From NCBI RefSeq assembly GCF_000315625.1, contig NW_005434652.1:252254-316253 (forward strand): a stretch of DNA of 64,000 nt, written 5' to 3'. Below are positions 13,083-25,514 of the stretch, piece by piece. The notes under the pieces are model-generated. The model was not told the DNA's origin. It did no database searches and saw nothing but the letters and a program-made list of their open reading frames with translations. Position 1 is the first letter of the stretch. Every line of letters starts with the position of its first letter. Origin of the DNA: Guillardia theta CCMP2712. Lineage: Eukaryota > Protista > Cryptophyta. The position numbers and the translations under genes were made by a program.

Positions 13083-14274
13083 ATGAAGTTGGCGCTCCTG
13101 TCCCTCGGTAAGCTGACGGACGAGCGCGTCCTGTCGCCCTGTTATGTTCCATGCTCCTTCCTGATCGTCTTGTCCTCTTCCTCCTCGCAAGATCATCGTC
13201 CTTCCTCCTCCAGCCAGCGATTCTCAAACTGCATCAATGCAGGAGTTTTCTTGGGGCTGTATTTCGTCTTACAGGCGCATAAAGAAAAGCTGAGATGGCC
13301 GGTAATCGGTGCAAGGAAAATCTGATTCACTCATTATGGTGCAGAGTATTTTACGATTGGTCGTGAAGAAGAGACCTGAAGCCGATGGAGAGGTTGCATG
13401 CAGGCTTCTTGCTATACTGCATGCAGTTCTGGTTTGCATCTTGTCAGCGCTCTCCAACCTTGTCATCGGGCCATGGGCATACTCTGCTGTTGGGGAAGTG
13501 AATACCGCATTTCAGAAGTTCGTGCTGTCGGTAAGCCGACGAGACTTGCAATCGATCCCAGTGACGTGGGATAGGTTTCACTTGGGTATTTCCTGTTTGA
13601 CTTCCTTTGGTGCCTCTTGTCTGGAGGAGAGACATGTACTGAAGCTACCATCTCTCCTCTCACGTTGATGTAGTGTGATTTGTCTGAGCCAGGGCTCATG
13701 ATCGGGCATCACGGCGCATCTATCTTCTGCTGCCTCCTCTCCCTCATGACAAACGTCTCAGGATCCGAGGTGGTTGGGTGCCTCTTCGGGGCGGAAGTGA
13801 GCAACCCGTTCCTACAAGCCCGATGGTTCATGCTGGAAGCCGGGTTGAGGGAGACCAGGGCTTGCCGGATCATCGAAGTGACCTTCGCGCTCGTCTTTCT
13901 CTCCTGCAGGTCCATCCCTTCCTCCCCCTTACGATGCGTTGAAAAGTGAGTCGTCTCGTAGGGTTTTCTGGGCTCCGACTTTGCTCTGGGTTGTTGTGGC
14001 GTCGCCCAAACCCCCGCAGACAATCAAGGTCGGTGCAGTCTTGCTCCAAATCATCAGGTGCAAACCGTTGGCTGCGGTCGCAGGGCCCGGCGGCGCTCAC
14101 TTTGCCTTCAGCTGGACATGGTCATTCTTCGTCGCCAAAAAACTCTTCGCCGCTTTCAAACGTGAGCTCTTGTCCTTTCGATTACAAGTTTTCCGTTCCG
14201 CCTGTTGGTTGACAGCCCTGGCAGATCTACGGCAAAACGACAATCAAGAATCGAAATTGCAGAAGACGGAATGA
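13083..14274 (+). CDS. TLC-domain membrane protein (TMEM136/TLCD5-like)
   Basis: Spliced exons give CRLLAILHAV..GPW, SLGYFLFDFLWC, MIGHHGAS, LFGAEVSNPFLQARWF, FALVFLSCR, matching the TLC motifs GYF..D, HH, E.SNPFL..RW and F...R. Confidence 0.88.
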
Positions 14275-14323
14275 AAGATCAGCCTGTCGCTCTCAGGAAT
14301 GAAAGATCAGCCTGTCGCTCTCA
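14268..14323 (+). repeat. perfect 28-bp tandem duplication across the stop codon
   Basis: GGAATGAAAGATCAGCCTGTCGCTCTCA occurs twice in tandem. Confidence 0.92.
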
Positions 14324-14329
14324 GTTTCA

Positions 14330-15080
14330 GGCTTGCCGCAGCGAGTCACGCGACCCGGCACACGGTGCCGCGCCGGACTGGCAACTCAGTTCGGCGCCCG
14401 GCAGCCTCGGTCGCCGTCGGAACCGTACGGTCACTGCCAGTCCGACGGTGTGGCCGGGCTCAGCGCCGGTCCGGTTACCACCCGGTGACGGCGCCGAGTC
14501 ACCCGGTCACGCCGCCGCGCCACGCCCGGCCCCGGCGGCAGCCGCCACGCCGGGTCCGCCGCGGATCGCCGCCCTGGTGGCAGGCCCGGGCCGCGCCGCG
14601 GGCCCGGGCCCGGCCCGGCGGCCCAGTGGCCCGGCGTCCGCCGTTCTCCGAGACGCCGGGCCACTGGGCGGTACGGTCCCGGTCCGGGACCGTACCGCCG
14701 GCCGCCGCACGCTGCCGGCCGCGTACGGTAGGCCCCGGAAGCCTTCAAGCCCAGCCGCCGAGCCGGGCCTGGCACCTCGACTGTCCGATCGGACTGTCAC
14801 AACTTGGCCCGGCCGCGCCCGGAGTGACTGACAGTGAGTCGCCGAGAGTCGGAGTCCAGCTGTGAACCGTTCGGCCCGTGACCGCCGTTCAACGAACGGC
14901 CCGGGGCCCCGAGCGGAAGTGACGCCGACTGCCACCCCGGAGTCTTCCGAAGTTCGCTTTACTCAAAGTGAAGTTAAAAATCAGTACGAGGACAATCAGG
15001 AGAGTCGGAGTCAGTATGATGAAAGTGTCGGACGGTCAACGGGCCGGCGGGCCGGGCCGGGCGGCCCCCGCCGGACTTGA
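14330..15080. promoter_or_regulatory. large CCGG-rich GC island upstream of ccdA
   Basis: About 750 bp of extreme GC low-complexity sequence between the TLC stop and the ccdA start. Confidence 0.55.
14957..15007 (-). repeat. dispersed motif copy B
   Basis: 50/51 identical to 53874-53924. Confidence 0.92.
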
Positions 15081-15134
15081 GTCGTCCTGACTCTTTAACT
15101 TAAAACTTTGAGTAGCATCTAAAGGGGAGAGCAA

Positions 15135-16270
15135 ATGTGTACAAGGGCGGTGGTGCAAGCGGCCGCGATGATGGCGGTGGTGATGGGGAGCGGGACGAGG
15201 GGAGGGCAGAGTTGTCAGCCATCACATCTGAGAGCGACTCCTTGCTTCCTTCAGAGCTCCCTCCCTCTGCATCTTGGAGGAAGAGGAAGCAAGACGTTCG
15301 AGCTCCCTTCCAGCAGGAGATATTCTTGGTCGCTTTCTCAAGGAGCAGGGTTGGGCAGGAGGGGCAGGATCCAAGGGCCGACGATGCAGCTCGATGTTTC
15401 TTCGACGCTCTTTTCCATCGAGCAGACCATGACGTCGGTGGTTTCAAACGAGCTCACACACATCTCCCCCACCTCCACCTTTGTCATGCTCCTCGCTGGA
15501 ATCCTGACGTCCCTCACCCCCTGCGCGCTCTCCACTCTCCCTTTCATCGTTGGGTACATCGGCGGAGTAGACGAGCGGCGATCTCCTATCGTGCCATCAG
15601 CCGCCTTCTCTCTCGGTTTCGCCACCTCCCTGTGCATGCTGGGGCTGGGCGCTGCCCTTTTTGGGAGCGTGTACGGAGCGACGTCGTCGGGTCCACTGCA
15701 AGAGACGTTCGCCATAGTCTCGTCGGCTCTCTTCGTCGTCATGGGACTTGCTCTCCTCGACATCTTGCCTCTCCCTTCCTTGATCTCGGCTCCGAAGATA
15801 GATGAGACATCGCGGGACAACCCAGCGCAGGCAGTGGTACGAGCATACATCTTCGGGATATCTGTTGCCTTCGTCTCCTCGCCCTGCGCAACTCCCGTGC
15901 TGGCCTCTCTCCTTACCTTCATAGCGAACAACAAGACCGACCCGTCAGTCGGAGCTGTCTTGCTCCTTGCCTACAGCATCGGATACACTTCACCAGTGTT
16001 TGCTGCTGGTGAAAACAACAGCATTGTTGCCCTTCCTTCAGTTCTGCTGAGCTGCCTTCAGGTCTCACGACGCAGTTCATGAAGTCGCTCGTTGGCATGA
16101 AGGTAAGATGGCAGGTAGGAGAGCAGCGGGCGTGATCTTGTGTCTTCAGGCGAATTTTCGTTGGTTCACTCCGCTCAGTGGAAGGTTGGCAGTTTTCTTG
16201 TTCAAATCTGGTGCATGTTCTGACATGTTTGGTGATGTAGCATGTTGATTGCGTATGGAACATATGAAGC
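15135..16270 (+). CDS. ccdA: cytochrome c biogenesis protein CcdA (DsbD beta-type thiol-disulfide transporter) with N-terminal extension; 3' end approximate
   Basis: AGILTSLTPCALSTLP and AFVSSPCATPVLASLL (the two PC redox motifs), LLLAYSIGY, multiple hydrophobic helices; short terminal exons after 16008. Confidence 0.9.
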
Positions 16271-16536
16271 TGTGAACAGAATCTTTCCCGCGTGAACAGA
16301 ATCAGGTTTAAGGGATAGCCCAAACAGTTGGAACAAAACAACGCCAAGTTATCTTGTACAAATAATAACGAGATTGGAATGAGGGGAGGGATGGGCAAGG
16401 CGAGATAGATCAGTTGTCTTGAGTTTTGTCCGTGAAGTCTCTGGTGATATCCTGTGCCATCAACAGTCAAGAACGATCTTCGCTCCTTTCAACCACAACA
16501 CGACAAGAGGAGCCCAAATTGACATGTAGACAAGTT

Positions 16537-19065
16537 TCAGAGTAAAAATTTCACCTCAAGAGGAGTAGCTGCTGATCTCTTGGCAATGTCAGCCCAGGAC
16601 AGCTGCGGGTAGTCAGTCAACAAAGACAATGGAGTATCGAAGGATGAGAGGGCGTGGGATGCTTGCAAGGAAGTAAGGGCGGTGGCCAAGGAAGGAGTGA
16701 GAGGGGGGAGGGGAGGGGAGGGCGGAGGTGGGAGAAACGGAAGGCAAATCGGGACAGGGAGAAGCACAGCATAGAGGGTGAGGAAGGTAAAGAGAGGAGA
16801 TCAGAGAGGATCCTCCTGACTTACGGGTGCTGGTTTCCTCTCGCTCTCTGGGTCGGGGGCTTCGTGTCTCCAACCTCCTCGCCCTCGGACGACCCTCCCA
16901 GCCCTCCGTGGTCTTCTAACATTCGTAAATCGAGACCCGCCATGCTCTGAGTGATGGTCTGTCGTCTCCTGGGATCCTCGTCGGCCTCCCCTCCTAACGT
17001 AGTCTCCTCTGCGAGCTTCTCCTCTCTCGTGCCATGCTTCCTGATGATCGCCAATTGCTCCAGCAGGAAAGGCGGAAGGGGGATTGGAGGACTCTTGATC
17101 TGCGAAGGAGCCTGAAACACAAAGTCAGATCAACTCATCTATCTGTGAGTTGAAGACGAAAACAATGACAAACACAAGAATTGGGTACACTAGGCGTTAT
17201 GATAATAATTAGACTATCTGAATGGAAAAGCAGAGCACGCATTGCACAATTCCACCTGGCCTGGGCATTGAAACGTCGACTGAGCTCGTTTCATTCAGAT
17301 TCGTCTGCGCGTCTTCTTGTACAACTTTCGGTGGCCTCGGAGGGCGTGGCAAAGGTTTTATGAAACCTTCTTTGATCAGTCCCTGCGCTTTCCGTCAGCT
17401 ACAGTCGCGCTGCCATTCTTTCGTCACAGTCCGCAGCATCGGGTTGACATGGTGCTGATTCTCCTCCAGCCACTCGATCAACTCGGGAGGAAACTCTTCT
17501 TTCTTCATCGGAACAAATTCTGCCAGCAAGAAAATGTCAAGAGTGTAATAAACTTGCTTCAAGTCAAACCTTCAATGTCGCCTTCCAACCAATCTTGCCA
17601 GTCGTTGACGATGTAGTTCAGTGCAGCGGGGAGCCCCCGAAGTTCCACCGTGTCATAATCTTCACCAGAAATGTTCTGTTTCAACCAACATCAGTTGCGG
17701 GAGCCTTCATGGCTGAGCAATCTGGAAGCAAGGTTTCTGCATAATGTTGCAACAACTTACCGATTCTCGCAGGACCACTTCTTCTGAGGAGAGCTCGGAT
17801 GTGAGCGAGTCTTCTTCAATGAAGCTCGCTGAAGGTGAAAACAACAAGTCATAACTCGGCAACAGAGCGGATTACTGCTACATGCTGGAGGAGGAAGGAC
17901 CCGGCTATAACGAGTCTCCTCATCCATGTCTTGTGTGTTGTTTGCCCATGTTTCATACTCATTGTCGTTCTGTGAGACGCAAGAAATCATTGAAGTCATG
18001 AAAGAGAACTTGATCTTGATGATAACACCAAGATTCGATAAGAAAGAAAGGCACAGGAGACTATCACAAAGGAAAACAGGTCAAACAAGCACAAATAAGC
18101 AGAAAGCAAATGCATCCAACTCTGATTCACACAATACAGTTACCTCTCCATCTTTCGTTGCATCCTGATTCACTGCAATCCCATATTCTTCTGCATCAAA
18201 GACTGGAATGGGCTTCCCAAACTTGATCTGATTCTCTTTCAACTGATCCCACTCTTGAAGTTCTTCGTCCTCTAGCGCCCCGAACTGAAGATTCCATGTC
18301 AGCTCATGCGCTCAACGATGTTAACATGTACTGATTCGTTTGCTCCCGATCCAGATTCGAAGAAAGGGCAAAGTTCTCTCTGAGTGTTGAAGTTCCTCCC
18401 CCTGTTCCGACGAGTGATCTGTGATACAAAGAGTCAGGCGGTCGTCACAAAAATGATCAAGAGTTTCATGTTATCAGCATCCCGCCGATGATTCGCATGG
18501 AGATCACTCTTTCATCGATGACTTACTTCTTGATCCGTCATGAAGATATTCTCGTCATGCTCTGGTACGTGCTCCTCGTGTGCGGCTGTAGAGAGGGAGT
18601 ATCGTCGGGGAAAACACAAGTTATCAGAAAGGTTAACTGCAAACTTTCAGCATTTTCACCTTGAGTTCTCATGGGAATCATGTACTGGATCGCAGGATCA
18701 TCTTCACATCTCATTTCTCTCTTCGATGTTTCTGTCTGCTGCCTCTCCGCGCCATCCCCCGCCTCTGGCTCATGCGCACCACCATAGAGGCGCAACGCTA
18801 GGCCGCGACCATACCTGCATCCCTGCCTCCGCGATGAGTCGCAGGTGGTATGAGGTATCCCGACATCGTTCAGTGCAGTCTGATCTACATCTGATCTCCT
18901 TCCTTGATGCGGGGTTGGCGCGGAACATTCTAGTTTGGGATGATGCAGCCAAGAATCTCGTGCGACCGGTTGGACCAGGGAATTTAGCAGAGCACAAGGG
19001 GGGCCAGAGGAGGAGGAGGAGGAGGCAGTGAAGAGAAGAATAGTCAGTAGGCGGCTCAGCCGCAT
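16537..19065 (-). CDS. signal-peptide protein with an LsmAD-like (Ataxin-2/Pbp1) segment
   Basis: Hydrophobic N-terminus MRLSRLLTILLFTA; exon 18152-18285 reads FGALEDEELQEWDQLKENQIKFGKPIPVFDAEEYG; a later exon reads DMDEETRYSRV; C-terminal SWADIAK. Confidence 0.55.
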
Positions 19066-19260
19066 GGCCGAAAGGCTGGCCGATAGCTGCTGGAAAAGGG
19101 AGCGGAGATTCGGGGAAAAGGCGGCGCAGGGAGGGCAGGGGACGGGGAGGCTCTAGGGGTCCATTCTCGGGGAACAAAGGGGGTAGGGGGGTGTCGCTCT
19201 GAGGCGATTACGGCGATTTAGGAGTCCTGGTGGCATCGGGACGATCGGGGGGAGAAGGGA

Positions 19261-19356
19261 AGGAGAGGAGAGGAGAGGAGAGGAGAGGAGAGGAGAGGAG
19301 AGGAGAGGAGAGGAGAGGAGAGGAGAGGAGAGGAGAGGAGAGGAGAGGAGAGGAGA
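19261..19356. repeat. (GGAGA)n microsatellite
   Basis: About 19 pentamer units. Confidence 0.92.
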
Positions 19357-19449
19357 TGGGGGAGGGAGGGAGGAAGTGGAGGAGGAGGTAGATGACTGCC
19401 AGATGCTACACTACCGGGATCCCCGACGATCACAGGGGATGGAGATAGA

Positions 19450-22347
19450 GTTGCTCTATGAATCGCAATAATACGCTCTTGCTCCTGCTCGGCATTCTTA
19501 GTGTTTCGCCATGGTTGCAACTTTGGAGCCTTCCCAGGGACGGGCGTCGAGTGTCTTCGAGATCTTTCCGGTATGATGAGTTCGATGCTTCGAGCTGCTC
19601 ATGGTTGCTCTTGTCGCATCAGAGATAATAGCGACAACAGTACCTTGCAGCGTTTTGTCAGCCATCTCCAGAGGTTGTTTTGCTGTTCCCGTTCGTTCCA
19701 GCTGAAGCCTCCACAGCATCGAGGATGAGCTGAATAGGATCAGATCGCACGAGCTGAAAGACTGGAAGCGCAACGAAAACGTGTCTGTGGGGGTAGAGGA
19801 GACAGCAGACAGTCACCTGGTCAGGGTACACGACTCTTGCTTGCCCCAACTCAGAGCCGTCTCATCTCGCCCGCAGGTGATCTCACTGCAGCTTGGGGGC
19901 AACCCAGGCATCATGCAGGTCTAGAGCTGGAAGTTTCCTGATCTTGTTGGAAGTGAGAATGTACCAAAGGTTTCCTTGCCCCTCCTGTCGAACTCGACAT
20001 ACCATCTTGAGTTGCAAGGGTGCGCGCTTCCGTCTGGTCAAGACTTCAAGGTGTCTGCTGCCCGAGCCCACAAGGTTCGCTCATGCTCCCGCAGGTCTGT
20101 CCTTTCGTGGATGCAGTACATGAGAAGAGGAGAGCGTCGATGGTGTTGTGGAGGTGCAGGAAGGGACTTGTGACAGACGACGAATGGGAGCGGAATGGAG
20201 TGCCGTGCTCTGAAGCCAGCACGCATTCCAGCAGCGATCGTAAGAGCAGGTGAGGAAGATAAGAAGTTGATTAGATGAAACTTGACGATGGTAAGTGACG
20301 TGTAGAGTCTGATGTCAGGTTTACCATGAGGCTCAAGTTTCGTACCTTCAGCAACTCAGCGGAATACAGGTATGCAAGCTAGAGGGACGAGGGATGTGGT
20401 CATGATGGGGAGTGCCACAGGGCAGGTTTACTGTTCGTCAATGCAAGTGCTGGAAACACTTTCTACGTCTCCCGGTTCTGTTTGGCTCCATCTTCGCCCC
20501 TTTCACAGTATCACGGTTACCGCTGCTAGTAGGATATTCCCAGAGCAAGTAAAAAGCAGTCGTCGCTTACAAAAACGGCGAAGACGCGGTGGGGAGAGGG
20601 TGGTAACAGGGGCAGGAGGGGGTGGTAACGGCTGCAGGAAGACGAGAGCCGCTATCACTAACACTGCAACATATGGAGGCTGACGTTGCCCGGCAGCCTC
20701 AGGACCCCGTCGTTGGGAAATTCAGCAGCTGAACTGTTCAATGACGGCAGGCTGTGCGGGTTGACGACGGTCATGTAAGGGATATTGAGATGCTGCGACT
20801 CAACATCGCCGTGGATCTTCTGCTCTTGATGCAGAAATTGGCGAGTGAAGCCGGGCGGACAGTCGTTGGTAGAAGTTTCGTCCGCAGGAAGTTCCATACC
20901 CTTCTCCAGAAAGCTCGCTGCTTGCTCCTCCTTCCCTTCCTCCGCCTGCGGCTTCCCATTGCCCTGGAAAGATCTGGCAGCAATGGCAGGAGCATGCACC
21001 TGCTTTGGTAGGGGGAGCTGGAAGGAAAGTCGATTTTCCTGGAAGCTGCTCTCTGCCACGGTTGCTCGCGGCCCCCTGGAACCGTGGTGGTGATGAGGCG
21101 CAGAGTGCTGGACGATGTTGCCGGAGGTGGCTCGATGGATAGGATTGCTATGACCGTTCACCTGTATCGTGTTTGAGTGCCGATAGCAAGACAAAAAGTC
21201 GAATCACATATGCAGGCTGCATCTGAATGACGGACACCGCTGATGCTCGTCTCAGCTCCTAGCACATATCATGTTAGGCAAGGAGTTGCGTGCAACAATG
21301 TCAAATTGCTCACCACGATCTCAAAGTCTTTGGCTGCCAGCTTGATCTGGAACTCCTCCCGCTCCTTCCTCAGCATGTCGATTGCAGTCTCTTTGTCGAT
21401 CTTCAGAAGAGAGGAGAGTCAAGTGGAAACCTTACGGTATCGCATCCGATACCTTGAGGATCTCAATCGCATCGCGGAGCCTTGCATTCTTCTTCTTTTC
21501 TTCCTCGAGTTCCATGTTCAGGAGGTAGGAATCTTTATGTAGCACTTCACGCCCAGCTGAAGATCTCAAGTCATCGATGCAACATCATAGTAGAATCGAA
21601 ACGATGGGCAGTGAAAGAGCAACAGGTGGAAGGTACATGGTTGATATACCTAGGTTGGCCCGCAGAAGGTTGAGCTCCTTCATCATCGCCTCCATCTTCT
21701 CCTCTGCCTCCGCTTTCTCCTTCTCTGCAACTTTCTGCAGTTGCTGTGCAGCCCTGCCACCCATCTCATCAGAGACGATTCGACCTGAGCGAAGGAGGAC
21801 GACACCTCAGCTGTAACTCCATCTTCTCAACAGTGCTCGCAGGGTAGCTTGGTGTCTGGTAGGGATCATGCTTCGAAGCATCAGCTGCCAAGAACTCGTA
21901 ATCTTCCACGTTTGGGTTGTTGAGAATGTCTTCGATCTGAGGCCACACGTCATGCTCTTCCTCGTGCTTCATCGCACCCTTCTGCCGCTGCTCTCCTCTC
22001 TCCATCCGAGGGATGTAAATGTTGGTGTCATGCCCATCATGTCGATGGTTCCCGTGCATTTCGCTGCCTTGCAAGGCAGGCGATGCCTTCCTCTCTGCCC
22101 TCTTGGGCGATGCTCGCCTCTTCCCCTCTGGCACAGCTCCTGCGGCCGCTCGCAGCCTCCCGCCTCCAGGCGCATGCTCGACCTCCGCTGCTGCTCCTGA
22201 AGCTACGTTGTTGTTCTGTGTTAGAGCACTGGGAGGTGAGGTCGAGGGGAGACCTGCGTATCCTCCCCCTTCGCCTCCGACCTCAGCGACGGCCTTCCTT
22301 CCATGCGCTCCTTGCGCTTTCACCTCTTTGATCATTGAAGAAGCCAC
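19450..22347 (-). CDS. hypothetical multi-exon coiled-coil protein, boundaries uncertain
   Basis: Exons 21769-22347, 21660-21750 (KLQKVAEKEKAEAEEKMEAMMKELNLLR), 21315-21405 and 20660-21165; no domain recognised. Confidence 0.4.
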
Positions 22348-22414
22348 CGACGGTTTCGCTTGAAAGGCGAGTCAAAGAAAAACGTCCGAGGCTGTCAACG
22401 ACTCACTGCCAATC

Positions 22415-22575
22415 TACCGGGCCGGCCGAAGTCCGGGCCCGCAGCCGCCGGGCTCCTACTTAGGCGGCTAGGAAAATCCGGGCCCGGCGCGGCGGGACCG
22501 GCGGCCGGGGCGGCCCGGGCCGGCGGGCGCCCGTCGCGGCCCGGTTGGTCGGAACCCGGCCCAGCGGACCTACCA
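22415..22575. promoter_or_regulatory. CCGG-rich island in a divergent promoter
   Basis: GC island between head-to-head genes starting near 22347 (-) and 22755 (+). Confidence 0.55.
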
Positions 22576-22754
22576 AGTTGACTGGAAGGAACTTAATTGG
22601 AGGAGGCGGGAAAATACAGTATGGCGGCGCTCGACCGTCAATCACCGTCGCGGGGAACCATCGGAACGCGGCGCGGGCGAGCGTAGGACAGAGCAGGAGC
22701 ACAAGATAGCAGGAAACTTGAAAGAGGTCCTCTCCCTCCTTAGTAGAAGATGAG

Positions 22755-25370
22755 ATGCTCGGTGAACATTATAGATGTTCGACCGCGCCGCTAGGGAAAG
22801 AGGATGATGTTGAGGTGGGTGCGGAGGAGGATAGAATTGATCAAAGTGTGTGGAGTGATTCAGATCAGTCAGGGCAGCAGGAAGGCCTGGATAGTCTCTT
22901 GTACCAGCTTGTCAACAGAGTCCTGAAGAAAGGGAGTCCAATGCTAGACAGCGCTCAAACAAGATACGTCTGTTCTTAGAGTTGGGCGGAACATTTCATG
23001 TCTTGTTTTGACTCTCTCTTTTTCTGCAAGTTGAGCTCTGCGCAAATCAGAAGGATTGGACAATGATTGGAGTGTAGATGTCAAACAAGTCTCAAGAAGT
23101 TTGCATATACAACTTGAAGCCATGCACCCCTTCTCTCCCCTCATGGAAGGCGGCGATGATACCATCAGACTCATGAGCATGCTCCGATCCATGAAGCGCT
23201 CAAATGAAAACTCTCGCAAGTCTGATAGCAGAGGATCTGTCCAGACCTCAGGAAAAGACCAATGGAACCATCTCCTGCAATGTGAGGTCTTCTGCAGCGT
23301 CTCTGCTTGTCCGGATGCAGATCTTGTTGGTACCAACGTAGTCTATATATCGGTCAATGACTACACAAAGAGGAGTCCTGATGAAGATCCAAAGGTAGAT
23401 ATCATCCAAATACTCATCTGATCTTATCTCTTATCTGATACATGATTGTATTGCTCGAAGGTCTTCATTGGAAATTCAGTTTACTCGGTTTGTTATCACG
23501 CTGGTGTTCAGCTTGGATGTGTTGCCCTGGAACAAGTCCAGAGGATCAATGAAAAGCTGTCACTCAATGATACAGTGCGATTACGAATGGTGCACAGTAA
23601 ATCGTACTTTGTATGAATTCCTTGACTAGATAATATTTCACTGATCCCTCATGGCAGCCTGTCTGTTCTGAGATATTTGTAGAGGTCAGCGCGATCCAAG
23701 AAGATGGTTACCATGTGAACACAGCTCGAATCGAGTATGACGAATTGACCAATCAGATGTAAGTTGTCCCCCAGATTTGTTTGTGACAAAACTAAATGGA
23801 ATGCAAAGAATGGATACTTTCTGTGGACAAGTTTTCCACCAAGGACAGAGCGCTTTGATAATTAGCGATGATATGAGGTTTGGACTTGTTTGGATTCGCA
23901 TGTGGATATTGAACGAAAACGTTTGCTTGCAGCTTGAAGATGAAAGTAAACAGTTTTTCGACAAATTTTGAAGATTTGATTCTTTCTTTTTGCCTTGGGA
24001 AACACAAACGATTGGGAGTTGGTAGTTTTGCGCTTCTTGTGAGGTAGATGTTTTCTCACCAACTCATCTCACAGATTCTTGGCTGCAAGCTCTTGATAAT
24101 CACATTGTACAGTATATTGCTCAGCTTTTGATCAGGGACGCTTTCTTCTTTCCACAATACGTGATTCTTGATCGGTCGACCATCTTAAACATTGAGCTTC
24201 GAACAGACTTTACTTTCCTCAATAGTATAAGCAAGGAGCTTAGCGATGAAAGGTTTTTCTCATACAATTCGCATGAGCAGAGCACATTTGAAATGCAAAT
24301 GATAGAGGACAGTTGTCAATTTTTGAACGAGGAAGGCTTTTCTACTGTTGAGGTTAACAATGAGGCAAGATTTGAAAATTGCCTTGGCTTGCTGGTGGTC
24401 TCTAAGACCAAGCAAAGGAAGAGTGCAATGTTCTGGCGGTGGAAACTTCTGTGTAAAGAAAGTAGGAGGCAAGGAAAAGATTTCGTTATCGCCCGTTTGT
24501 ACCTTCGACGAGGGAACATGCGACGAAAGATCATTTTCTTCTCAAGATGGGCGTCGTGGATTGCAGTTTTACAGAAGACTCAAAGTATGCTGTATAAGAG
24601 CTATTTCTACAGACTGAGAGAGATCCTTGTGCGATGGGAGCAATTCGTTCTGTTTGTGAAAATGAAGCTTTGTTTCGACATGAAATGTCGGTCGAGGAGA
24701 ACCGTGAGGATGCTCATCGTGGTCCTCGTGGCATTCAAAGAGCACAAGATTCAAGCACGGAATGTCTCGCACAAGTGGGAGATGCTTTCTCTATGGTTGC
24801 TCATGGGCAGACATTTTGTTGTCATCAGGTCAAGACGGCATCTGGTGGGGCCCAGGAACGATACCCATGAAGTAGCAACCGACTCGATCATCTCCATCAG
24901 ACAGGAGCTCACGCCCTCGAGCCGAACGGGAGGGTACAGTTGAAACTCATGGGATGACGTCGAAGCTGACATTAGAGGCAGGGTCAAGTCAAACTCCAGC
25001 GATGGTTCCACGCCCAACAGGAACAAAAGTCTAGCACACGCGATTCAAGATGCCACCATCTCGCTGCAGGAGCTTTTCACTGAGGAGACTTCCTGCAGCG
25101 GACTTGATAGCTACTACATCCGTCAAACACCGGACTCATTCCAAGGGAACCCATGGTCTTCAGCTTCCAATGGCTCTGGAGGACGAGACTCGAATAACAA
25201 GCCTGATGACAACAAGGGGAATCGTCCAAGGGTGAGCGGCAGACTCTGGCTCTTGAAGTTGACTAACGATGTTTGCTCCAAGATATCTGACGAGCTCAAC
25301 AGCTCTACTTCTTGTCTGAGCACCAAGAGGCTGTTGGTGATGCTCCGAGAAGAGCTTGATGAAGGCTGAA
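22755..25370 (+). CDS. hypothetical multi-exon protein with a Trp-periodic (Sfi1-repeat-like) segment
   Basis: Exon chain with GT/AG borders; MFWRWK..FFSRWASW..LVRWEQF spacing is only reminiscent of centrin-binding Sfi1 repeats. Confidence 0.4.
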
Positions 25371-25514
25371 CCAGGCTACTTCGTTCTCCCCATCAAGTAA
25401 CGATGATTGCCCATACTCCTTACACTTTGCAGACGAATAACCATCCTGTGGAAGAGACGCTTTTGTATAGCAACCACATCCTAACTGTAATCCTTTCCTT
25501 TGAAATAATATGTT

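Noticed and set aside
14205-14935. Long overlapping ORFs on both strands
   Set aside because: A by-product of stop-codon scarcity in a GC island; the translations are Pro/Arg/Ala/Gly low complexity.
15137-15934. 222-aa and 198-aa alternative-frame ORFs over ccdA
   Set aside because: Shadow frames of a GC-rich coding sequence with no motifs.
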